Shown piece after piece: positions 27,501 through 39,018 of a DNA stretch of 64,000 bases; position 1 is the first letter of the stretch, and each line of letters opens with the position of its first letter. Source of the DNA: Macrostomum lignano. Lineage: Eukaryota. A program made the translations under genes and the position numbers. Where the stretch lies: contig NIVC01003920.1 in the NCBI GenBank assembly GCA_002269645.1, positions 1 to 64,000 of the forward strand, written 5' to 3'. The notes below the pieces were generated by a model. It was not told where the DNA came from, ran no database searches, and saw only the letters and a list, made by a program, of their open reading frames with translations.

Positions 27501-30500
27501 TCACTCCCTCTTCTTGTCGGTGGCCGCCTTCTTTGGGGCGCCGTTTGCGGCGGCTCCCGCGCTGCCGTCCGTCGCTACGACTGGAGCAGCCGAAGGAGGA
27601 CGGCTTGCGGCGCCACCTTGCCGGAACAGGCCGCTTATGGCGTCCGCCAGACCGCCGAACAGCAGGGCGCCCGCTAGCCATTCGAACGGGTAGAACGGGT
27701 CCATCGGGCCCAGCAGCTTGACGGCCAGCCTGCGGATTGGGGGAGAGATTTTTCAGCAATGTGATTCACCCACCAACCAAATTCGCCACAGGCATTCACC
27801 CACCAACCAAATTCGTCACAGGCATTCACCCACCAACCAAATTCGTCACAGGCATTCACCCACCAACCAAATTCGTCACAGGCATTCACCCACCAACCAA
27901 ATTTGTCCCAGGCATTCACCCACCAACCAAATTCGTCACAGGCATTCACCAACCAACCAAATTCGTCACAGGCATTCACCCACCAACCAAATTCATCACA
28001 GGCATTCACCCACCAACCAAATTCGTCACAGGCATTCACCCACCAGTACCAGCAAACAAATTTGTCACAGGCATTCACCTACCAGTACCAGCTAACAAAT
28101 TTGTCACAGGCATTCAACCACTAGACCCAGATATGCAACTGTCACAGGCTTTTACCTAAGCAGGACAAAGAAGGCCGCAGCGCCCAGATAGACGTGATTG
28201 TGATACTGAGCAGGCAGGTGGCCCGTGTGCTCCATTAGAAAGACGATAGCCACAACAAGGCAAGCCTTGGTGGTGCTGAAATTCGAAGATGGGAATGAAG
28301 TAAGTAACGAGCATTGGTGTCGCATTAAGGGATTATCAAATATTTATCTTGACAGAATGCACCATAACAGATCGCAGCATTTCTGCTTATGCACACAGAT
28401 AGGGCGCTAAAAATGAGACTTCACACGAACCCAAAATGGGAAGGCAATGGCGTGCTGTGTAACTAAGTGGCTGTGCGAACTAAAAATCTAAAAGCTAAAA
28501 AAGCAACCCTGAAGCTGCTGAACTACTCAGAGTGAATCAAGCCACTGCAGTTCAGCACGGCAGGACATTCTGCTGTCTCTTACGCAGAGGGGCGCAGCAT
28601 TTCGCTGACACCCGGCAGCCAGACTCCGCGTATTAGCCGCTCAAACAGCTTCATCTCGGCCGAGCCGGAGCCTTGAAAATGTTTCACGGGTGAATGAAAA
28701 GCGATGCTAGGAAAATCAAAGTGCGCCACTATGAGTAGTTTGCACCGCATCTTTAAATGGGTTGCTTTGATTTGCTAGCGATAGATAATGCTAAAGCGAC
28801 CTGCAGGTACCAAGGCGGATGCCTTGACCATTTCTGCTGCTGTAAAAGCCTTTTAAAATTTTTAATCACTGAAGGTCCGAAGTCTGATGATGAATCTGAA
28901 TTTTCAATCTAAACTCAAGTGCTCGATATACTTTGACAACACACAGAGGCTCAGAAAGATCAACAGATCAAAGATCAGTTTTACGTTCAAAATCTGACCT
29001 GGGCTATCGTTGAACATCTTAACATTTTTTAAGGCTGCGGACTAGAAAACAAAAGTTATGCCCACCTTTATGGAACGTAGCGAACCTGCACTGTTAGGGT
29101 GCAGCAGCAAAAATGTCTCCTAATCCGACTTGGAGATACAGGAGGGCTTGAAAAGCGCCAGTGTTCCTAACTGGCAACCAACACATGTGCTATGTTAATC
29201 AGGTGAGATTCTGATACAAAAAGGCAATCTAATAGTCGCCAGGTGAGATCGGTTAAACATATTCAGCGAGCTAGCTCAGATGATTGAATAAAAAAAATCG
29301 GTAAGACTTTCGTGCCGGACGAAAAAGGGATAAAAATAACATTAAATCATCGTTCTCTATACGAAAAAAATTGCACAATATACATGTACTACTAAAATAG
29401 CATTAAAGAAAGCAAGGAGAAAACAAAAGACCGGTAAGAGTTTAGAATTAGCCATATTAAAAGCCTTCAATGTGATTAAACGCACTATTAAACTATCGCG
29501 ATATTTCATGGCTTTTAGTGCAAAATGAAACGAAACCGCATAGCAACACAGAGGAAGCCCCCGCCTGCAAATACCGAAGGCCTTACACTGAGAATGCTCC
29601 CACAATGGGCGGACGGAACTGGCCGGTGACGAGGCGGGCGAACAGCAGCATCACCGGGCTGCCGTTGGCTTATCAGCGCATGGATGAAGGAAATTCGGCA
29701 GGTGAGTTCAAATTAGTCATGCACTACAAGCAGGTGTTGATGGGCGGCCAGATATGCGTTCGTACGGTACTAATCGGAGGAAAATGCACCAACACGGCTA
29801 GAACTTGAACTTTAACGATGCTAAATGCCAGTCAGCGGTGCCCCTGCCTCTACCAGCCAGTCAGCTAAGCTAAAAATAGACGTAATCGAACAGCCGAAGC
29901 TGCCGCAGACTGCTGCAAAACTGCAGTGGCGTCCGCCAAAGCCATCAAGATGAACCGCAGCCATTAAAGTACGCAGACCGCAATGGCGAGGGAGGCAAAG
30001 CTGAAGGGAAGATGCACGGAGGGATCGAATCCGCCTGCGAATTCCGCAATGATGGGAGAACTTGAGGGATTTGGGAAGTTAACTGCGGGCAGCCGCTCCC
30101 CTCCTGCTGCGCTCTTGAAGCGGCAAGTCAGCAGGCAATCAATTCCCCCCTGGCTGGCCAATGGCTGCTTCTAGCTGCAGAAATTGCTGCTTCCGTGTCC
30201 GCGGGGCTCGTTTCGCTTTGATTTCCTTGAAGCGAGCGATCGCAGGAAAGTGGATGGCGGGGAGCCTCCGCTTCTGCAGAGCGCTGATAAGGTCAAGACA
30301 AACGGGCTCGTAACAAACAGAAACAGGCAGAGTCCCGGAGGCAGGGAAGGGTTTGGGTGAAGTTTCTTCCAAATAAGGCCAACCCAGTTCGCAACAATGA
30401 GGCAGAGGCTGGCCAGAGAGCAGACCAGAAACCCTTAATTACAGCCATACAAATTACGCATTCATTTTTATCTTGCGACACTGAAGTAATCAGCAGTGAG

Positions 30501-31864
30501 CATCGAACACGCATGCCAGTCCCATTCATAGGCCTACCTTTCACAAGGCCGATGAGTACATTGAGCAAGTAGGCCTGGGGGTAAAGCCGAACGCCTGCAG
30601 CCACTCCATCAAAGACTTTCCGTGTTCTCTGAATTTCTTTTAAAAGGCAGACAGCCAGATGGACAGGTGCAAACTTAGCTAATTTGTAGACTAGGTCAAA
30701 GGGTGCATAGTTGAGGACATACCTGTAAACAGTGTATATTAATGTTGTAAAAAATTAAAATAAATACTTTCCTTAGATCATTTTAGTAATATCTCGCTAA
30801 GCCCATTGAAACAAAATTTCTACACTTAACACCAAATTTGATAAGTAAATAAGCTTATATGCACAGAATTAACTAGCATTGAAATTAATTTGGAATACTT
30901 TAACTAGGTAGTACTGATAACAGTAATAAAAGGAAAAATGACAAGCATCTAAATACAAACAAGAACAGAAGCTTAAAAAACACAAAATAACTTACCATAC
31001 AATTGTTGCCACCAGAATGTCTCTATGGTTTTGAAAGGGCACAATTAGTGGTTCACCAGTCAAGCCATTACCAATTATAGTGCCTGCAAAGCACATTAGC
31101 ATGCTTGCTAGCCAAGATGCAAATGAGTGATGTCTTGAAAATGTTGGTGTACCTGAAAAATTAATAAGCATTTTATTAATTTTTAGGTATGTTTTATAAA
31201 TTCTTTAAAATGTTTTCAAGCAGGTTTTACAATAGAATAATAAAACAATTTTATTACATAGGCCTAAAAACACAAATAAGCAAATGTAGGCTTAATTCAT
31301 AATATATTGAGCAAATATATAATTGTGAAATCATTTTAATTTGTTTTAAAATTAATAAGGTCAATAATAAGGTCAATAATATATTGAGCAAATATATAAT
31401 TGTGCAATCATTTTAATTTGATTTTTTAGTCAAATGTTTTGATAATTGATATCATTGATTAATAAATGAGATTAGCCTATACAAAGATTTTGGCTTTGCC
31501 TATAAGGAAATATGTAGATTGTAGGCCGACTATGCAGCAATATAAATGCTAAGTGCTCTTATATTGTTCTTAGTGCATAATAATGCTCATTGCAATCGTT
31601 TTTAATAGTCCCATGCTTTTAATATTTTGGGACATGTTTATCCAAGCTTTACAAGAAATTATTATAAATTTAAATTCTAAGCAATAAAAAGGTTTACAAG
31701 AAAAAAATCTTTTCATCAAGCTCACCAAGTTGAGGAGTATCTTCCTTAACAAGCAAACACATCAAAATATAATGTGATATGTCGAAAAATGGATACATAT
31801 TAATTCGCTGTAATGTTTTAGATACATCACTGAACGGGAAATAGTAGTCCAGATCCAAATCCAT
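27501..31864 (-). CDS. TMEM38: TMEM38/TRIC trimeric intracellular cation channel. Exons 31864-31726, 31152-30996, 30722-30538, 28671-28584, 28275-28156, 27729-27501
   Basis: Manual splicing gives MDLDLDYYFPFSDVSKTLQRINMYPFFDISHYILMC..FSRHHSFASWLASMLMCFAGTIIGNGLTGEP..YAPFDLVYK..KEIQRTRKVFDGV..LYPQAYLLNVLIGLVKGSGSAEMKLFERLIRGVW..TTKAC..DPFYPFE..LFGGLADAIS. All junctions are GT-AG and in phase. Confidence 0.9.
27761..28150. repeat. 30-bp minisatellite filling the last TMEM38 intron
   Basis: Unit CACAGGCATTCACCCACCAACCAAATTCGT; 10-aa periodic ORFs. Confidence 0.9.
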
Positions 31865-32659
31865 AATAGCAATGAAAGTCGTGCTCCTCTAAACGTTCGA
31901 AAGACTAAGAAGCCGAAAAGGACGAAAAAGTCCGAATATGAGAAATTATCGCGCAAGTCAAGTTTGCCAGCGTATCGTCAATCAAAACAAGCCCACAGTC
32001 ATAATCGTGAAAAACGAACAACGATTTTTATGCTTATTGCAGTACTTAGGAACGAGTTGATAGTCAATTTTAAAGTTCAAATCGTTAATCGTATAGTCGG
32101 ATCTTTGGCTAGGTTTGACTTTTAATGTCGAAAAATGTAAAAAAATGAGAAATTGAGGCTGTAAAAATTTGAGTCGTACCAATAAGCCGTACAAGCATAC
32201 TAATCATCAGTTAGCACAAGATCGACCTATGATGTAGTTTACAATTACTCCTAATCGGTTGTGGTGAAATCGTCCTCTTCTCTAAGTATTAGTCGCCTTA
32301 GAGCAGGGACAGCGTTGTCGAAGCGAATCAATTGCATCGGCAAAGAACAGTGACTGACTCTGATGCACTGCAGCTGAGTGCATGTGAGTCCCGATTATCT
32401 GCGTTGGCGGCAGAATTGCTTTAAGCGAGTGAAGACAGCGAAGTCCAACGGAGCTATGTCAATGTAGGCCTCGGGTATATATATGGTGGGTGTGGCAAGA
32501 ACTTCAGGCAACCAGAGCTTCTTAAGTCGTCTGGCTCTCTACATGTTTTGCATGGGCATGGCGTTGTGATGGTGTCATGTCAACGCAGTGTCTGTGTGTG
32601 ACCTCCAAACCTCTCGTTGCTGATGTCTCGCCGATTGAAGTTTGTTCAGTGTTTGACGC

Positions 32660-34210
32660 TGCCGCCGGAGATGCCGTTGCCGGCAGAGGAGAGCTTCAGC
32701 CTAGCACCAGTCAGCACAACCGACGTTGTGAGGCGATCGCCCAGCAATCACCGGGCGGGAAAGTGCTGCGTCTGGACGAGGTGCCCATCGAGGCGCTGCG
32801 CATCCACTGTGTGGCCAGTAAGATCGCCAGACTGATGAATCGCATGCTCTTCGGTGAGGAGGCACCCAACGAATGGACCACGGCGCACATCGTCGCAGTT
32901 CCTAAGAAGCCGGGCACCACGAGGCTTGAGGAGCATCAAGGTATCTGCCTTCAATTCTGCACTATCGCGATTGCAGCCCGTGCTGGATCCGTACCTGCGT
33001 CCTGAGCAGAACGGCTTCCGACCGCGGCACAGTGACGCAGATCTTCGGCGACTCATCGAGGAAGCACGCGGATACGCCAGTCGATCCTGATTTTTGTCTT
33101 CTTAGATTTCAAGAAGGCATTCGACTCGGTCGACAGGTCTGTGCTCCCAAAGGTGCTCCGTGCGTACAACGTGCCACAGCAGCGGATTTCCGCCATCATG
33201 GCGATGTACCGTGATAGGAAGCTGCTGTTTCAACACCCGATGGCCTATCGGACTTCTTTTTAGACATCGATCCTCCGGGGTGCTTCAGGGAGATACGCTG
33301 TTCGTTCTGGTGCTTGACTGGGTGCTGCAGACCGCTCTTCCTACTAACGACGACCCGCGGCTTTCTGTTGCGGTGACGCGTGGGTCTACGTTGGCTACGC
33401 CGACGACCTCGCCCTGCTGTCCTCAACTGTCGAGGGCGCCCAGCGACAACTGGACAAGCTAGTTGCTGTTGCGGCGAGTTTCGGCCTGCTGGTCAACACG
33501 CAGAAGACCGTCGTGCTCTGCGTGCCGGACGACATCGAGGCTGCGATTCCGGAGTCGCTGATGGACAGGCGACAGAGCTTCCGCGTTGTCAGCAGTTCGT
33601 CTACCTCGGCGGTCTGGTTCCCGGCGTCCGCGAGGATTTGCAGCGTCGCCGCGTGCTTGCCTGGGTTGCTTTTCGTTCTGTGAGGGCAGTCCTGCAGTCT
33701 GAGGCCTTACCTGACCGCCAGAAGGCGGCGTTATTCCAGGCGGTGATCGAGACCGCGTCCTGCTGTACAACGCCGAGACCTGGACGCTGACGGAGTCGCT
33801 CGAGCAACAAGTTGATGCGGCGCACGCTGGCCTGCTGCGCGCCGCCTTCAAGATCGGCTACGAGCGAGTGACCAACGCGGCTTTTTATCGCCGCGCCGGC
33901 CTGGTCCGTCCAAGCGACCTGTTGCGCCGTCGGCGACTCCAGCTGGCAGGCCACATCATCCGCGCCGAGTCGTACTGCCCAGAGTCGGTGCAGGAGGTGC
34001 TGCTGCTAACTCTGCAGGCACCCTACCGGCGGGGGCAGGCGCGCACTCGGCGTTTCGTCGACTGCCTGCTAGCTGACGCCGGCGCCCCGGATTCGGCCGG
34101 CGGCGCGTGGCGTTCTTTCGGGACCTGGCCTTGAAGCGCACCATGTGACGCTAACTGCGTATTCTGTTGTTGTATTGTCAGGGTTTGACGTACATGTACA
34201 TGTATATAAC
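32660..34210 (+). mobile_element. 5'-truncated, frameshifted RTE-like non-LTR retrotransposon (RT domain)
   Basis: IVAVPKKPG; PYLRPEQNGFRP; FLDFKKAFDSVDR; GVLQGDTL; GYADDLALL; YLGG; LYNAETWTLT, spread across several frames. Confidence 0.85.
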
Positions 34211-34539
34211 GGTCAGCATTGACCAATGACAATCAAACAAAGAAGCTTGATCTTCTCTTTTGTGCTTTGATTGGAGGATATTCGATCCCTTCGTTGTCCA
34301 GACCATGGACTGTGATTTTGGTGAGAGAATTGAAGTGAGTTATCCATGTCTCATAATCACCGGTGACAATGTGCTCGCTAAGTTCTCCCAGCCGAGCTTA
34401 TCCGCACAGCCCAGGTTCGCTTGGCAAATCTCAAGCGGTTGTCTCATCAAAACCTCTGTTAGAAGTCGCGGGACCCAACGCGAACACTGAGTTTCACCAG
34501 TCCCCATGCTGTCAACCATTCAGCCACTGCAGCACACGA

Positions 34540-36900
34540 GGAGTGCGTGAAGCTGCTTGACGCATTCTATGACGAGCTCCTTCAGCAAGAAGCCACAGAA
34601 GAAGCTCGAGACAAAGTTCTGGACGAGCTGGATCAAGTTGAGAAACAGTTTCAAGACACCATGAAATGTGTAACTCAGTTCATCACTGCTCATCAGACTG
34701 CGGCGACTGCCGCGACTGCCGCGACTGCGGCGACTGCCGCGACTGCGGCGACTGCCGCGACTGCGGCGACTGCCGCGACTGCGGCGACTGCGGCGACTGC
34801 CGCGACTGCCGCGACTGCAGCGACCGCATCTCCGTCAAAATCTTGCATGCTGTGTAAAGATCAACATGAGCTGTGAAAGTGCTCAACATTTAGACAGCTG
34901 TCAATTGAAAATCACTGGAAGGCTGCGCGTGATTCGAAATCGTGCTTTTGCTGCTTAGCTCGCGGTCATGCTGCTCGGATATGCCGTCATGGACGCCGAT
35001 GTCGAATCGGTGAATGCAACAGGTTTCACCCCCGCTTGCTGCATTCTGACGAGGCGGTAAAAATTGAGTCGAAGAAGAATTCGCCGGCAGAAGGGGTCAA
35101 AACGAGCGCTAAGTCGGGTCGCAAAGGAGCCGTGATAACGATGATGGCAGGAAGTGGAGGTGGTTCTCAAGGCAGGCAGCTGTGTTGTGAAAGTGAACGC
35201 GCTTTTGGACGACGCGAGTACAAGGACATATGTGAATGCAGAGATTTCCGAAGCTGTGGAGCGAGTGAAAGTGAACGTTTTGAACGGACAGACAGAGAAA
35301 TTCTTGACAGCTCCGGTTACGATGACGCTCGAAAGTGTAGATGGAAGTCTGAGTCGTCCGATCATCACAGCATTCACGACAGACAGCGTCACCGGGAAGC
35401 TGAAGGCCACGGATTGGCAGACGACAGCAGCGGATTGGAAACATCTGGAGCATATTCCATTTCCTCAGCTCCATGCGCCGCATCTCATAGACCTGCTGAT
35501 AGGAGTGGATCATGCGGAGTTACATGTGTCCTACCGAGAAGTTCGCGGTGGCCCTGGGGAGCCACAGGCACGTTTGACTCCCCTTGGATGGACAGGTGTG
35601 GGTCAAGTAGAACAGATTCAGCACCAGAAAAACTTGGCCAGCACCTTTTTCTGTTTCACCAGCGAGGAGATGCTGTCACCAGTGCGACGTAAGTTCCGGG
35701 AGGTAGAAGAAATCTGGTCAGCTCAGGACCAAAATTGGACAGCGGACGAGCAAGCTGCAGTCGAGCAAGCCAAGTCTTCGTTAAAGCTAACTAACGGCCG
35801 ATACCAGCTGGGAATTCCGTGGAAGCCAGAGGCGAAAGTTCGCTCGAATAACTATGAGATGGCGATCAAACGGCTTTGCAACACAGAGACCCGGTGGAAG
35901 AAAGATGTGGAGGTGGCAAAGCAATACAAGCATGCCTAGAGCGATATGGGCAGCAAGGCTACATTCGGCACGTTGCAGTAGAGGGGTTCTCAGCCAGAAG
36001 GTGCTTTCTGCCGCATTTTCCGATCATTCGATTCGACAAGCTGACGACAAAGGTTTGCATCGTCTTCGATGCCTCGGCGGGCGGGAACGAAAAGTCCTTA
36101 AATTCTCTGGTCTTTCCACGGCCGAAGCTTCAGCGAGAATTGTTTGACGTTCTGCTTTGCTTCAGGAGAGATGCGGTGGCTGGGGCTTGTGACATCTCCG
36201 AGATGTACCTCCAGATCGAAATGGCACCGGAGGACAGGCCGACGCATAGCTTTCTATGGCGTGAGATGGACTCCAGCAAGCCTGTTAAAATTTTTGAGAG
36301 CAACCGCATCGTTTTCGGCAACTCGAGCTCGCCGTTTCTTGCTCAGTTCGTAGTTCGTGAGCATGCGGAACGCCTGAAAGAAGAGCTGCCATTAGCTGCA
36401 GATGCTGTTCTCAACTCCACCTATATGGACGATTGTTTAGATTCGGTCGGGTCAGAGGCTGAGGCGATCCAGCTGTTTCAAGAGTTGAAGACTCGCTGGG
36501 AGCGTGCAGTCATGCACCCCAGGAAATGGATGTCCGATTCGCGAGAACTGTTGAGCAGAGTGCCACCAGAAGATCGAGTAGCCGAAGTAACATTGGAAGG
36601 CACACCGCTGCCATCCATCAAGACGCTTGGTGTAGAATGGAGAAGCGATCGGAACAAGTGCACCTTTAAAGTCGACCAGAGAGATCAGAGAGACCAAGTC
36701 TGTCACAGATCCGGACCAGTGGAGGTGTGTCACGACCGAATTCCATCCAGCCGATGCGTTGTCTCGAGGAACTTCAGCGAAGCAGCTGACGGAGGTTGAC
36801 AGCTGGTGGCATGGACAAAGGGTGACTGGTCGGAGCAGAGTCGTTAGCATGAATGAGGAACGATCGGCGGTCAGACGATTAGACCCGACCATGGCGACCA
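34540..36900 (+). mobile_element. BEL/Pao LTR retrotransposon remnant (gag knuckle, protease, RT, part of RNase H); no LTRs found
   Basis: CFCCLARGHAARIC..CRIGECNRFHPRLLH; VNALLDDASTRTY; CDISEMYLQI..HSFLWR; STYMDD; IKTLGVEW; PADALSRG..SWWHG. Stops, frameshifts and internal deletions. Confidence 0.85.
34696..34822. repeat. 9-bp repeat (GCGACTGCS)n inside BEL gag
   Basis: Reads (TAA)n in the gag frame. Confidence 0.9.
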
Positions 36901-39018
36901 GGTTCTTGAGCTCAAAGCGGCGCATCTGCATGCAAGGCGAGACGGCTCGATTCGCGACCATCTGCTGGCTGCCGCGGAGAGACGGGTGCGAGTTGCGAAA
37001 GTGCAGCTGGTTGGCAAGGCCTCCGCGAGGCCGATTGCGAGGCTGCGTCCGCTAATCACGAAAGGGGGCTTGAGAACTGAGTAGTTGACATTTTTGGCCA
37101 AACTTTAATTTATTGAAAAAATTCTGCGATTTAGCGATCATTTCCTTAACTTCGACTAACCGTTGCATGCGTTTCGATTTCGATGTTTTCAGCTTCAAGC
37201 TATTTTGGTGATGGGATAACGCGCTATATTTTTCTTTTTGTGGCTTTTGAGAGTTTTGCTTCCCTGCGCATTAAATCCAGTTTGGTTCTAACGCATTGTG
37301 TTTTTTCATGTCGGCTGTCTATTTTGGGAGTTTTTGTTCTGTTTTTTGTGTTTGTTTTCTGTTTATGTGTTTTTTGTATTTCTTTGTTTTTTGGCGTTGT
37401 TGCGAAGACGTTTTGCATACTCTGTTCGGTTAGTTTTCCCATTTTCAGCGTTTATCCCCTTTGCTCATTTCATCGCACTGTACGCTACGTTTCAGGTTCG
37501 ATCCCGTTTGCTAACCCAGTTCGAATATGTATCGCATCCCCGTGATTCGTTTACTAACCTAGTTATTTGATCCTATTTTCACTTTGTCATTTTGTCGAGC
37601 GTATTTCATCCTAGCGATTTAACTTTATTCCTGAAAAGTACGCGGTACGATGATAATTGAATGTTTCCATTTTTAAGATCCTTGTTCGAGGTGCTCTTTG
37701 TTGTTGGCATGTGCTCATGCCAAGAAGGGAGGTATGGATTGAAGAGGAAAGGTTTTGCTTATTTCATTGTACGTCTGTACTATTACTCATCATTTGCCTA
37801 TTTTACCTGCCCCCTCCGCGCCTCACGCCACCTTTCTCACTCCCCATTCTGATTGGTTAACGTACGAGTACATAGTAATTCATGCACATTTACACCCCCC
37901 CCTGTGTCAACCCCGCCTTCTACTTAATAAATTGAGTAAAATATACCTAGCAAGACTAGACGGCGTGTACCCCTTTTGATTTGTTGTCTGCTACAACTGT
38001 CAAATGCGAGGCCAGCCGCCAAGTGGTGCATTCTCGATTCTTTGGATTCTCTTGTCAACATAGTAAGTATAAAAAATTAACAAACGTTTATACTTGGGGC
38101 AGAAACCGAAATTGATACTATTTCTGGGACGCCCCGCACATATTTTCATGCACCTATAAGCTATATTTATTGTATAAAAAATATCACCCGGTATGCATTT
38201 GAATCTGCGGATATATTTATTATTCGATTATTTTTCTAGCCAAACAGTTCGGCAGCAGATAGGGACTACTTGCTATAGCCAAGCCTCATGTGCAAGCAGC
38301 GAGAGATGGAACGAGCCATAGGAACCTGGAATTTGACAAGAAACTTTCCTACAATCATCGTGCTCAATAATTTAAGTTTCAGCATTGCATGGCTGGGAGC
38401 ACTGAAAATTGCATCTTTCCCTCGAATATTAAATAGCAGAAAATTTCCACCGGCGGTATGCGAACGAGCTGCCAAGCTGCAGCCTCGCAATTACGGACAA
38501 TGAGAGTTGAAACTGCAGGTTTCATCTGCAATCAATCTGCCTTGCAATTTAAGGAGCTATTTCCCTTCAACTCGAATTGCAGACTGAATCGTTGCGAGCT
38601 ACACTTGGCCCTGACTAATTACTGACACGTCAGTTATGCTCGTGAAATGGCTAGGATTTAAAAAGATATGGTGGGGCAGATTTGGACATGAAACTGCTAA
38701 CAAACCTGATGAACTGAGGATACGCATGCTTCAGTCCTAAACCATCGGCCAGATACTGTGTTTTCCGAGTCCTGCAGTTTCAGCCAGTGAGAGTTGCTCA
38801 CTTGCGGCAATCACTCAGTTCCTCTGATCAGAGAGCGGGCATTGGCTAGCAGCTCACGCAGCAGGTTAAAGCTTTTCCCTCTGGGGATAAATCCAGATCC
38901 AGAATCCCACACAGAGCTTTCTATTCATTGAGCTTCAAATCTTATCGATAGACTGAACTTGCAATTTCGCTGTTAAAAGCAATTTCTCTCGCCTAAATTC
39001 TGCCGAGTCACTTACAGA

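Noticed and set aside
29600-30320. GC-rich blocks in a TMEM38 intron that might be exons of a nested gene
   Set aside because: No consistent spliced frame or recognisable domain.
37110-38000. T-rich region after the BEL remnant as a candidate LTR
   Set aside because: No matching second copy, TG..CA ends or TSD found.
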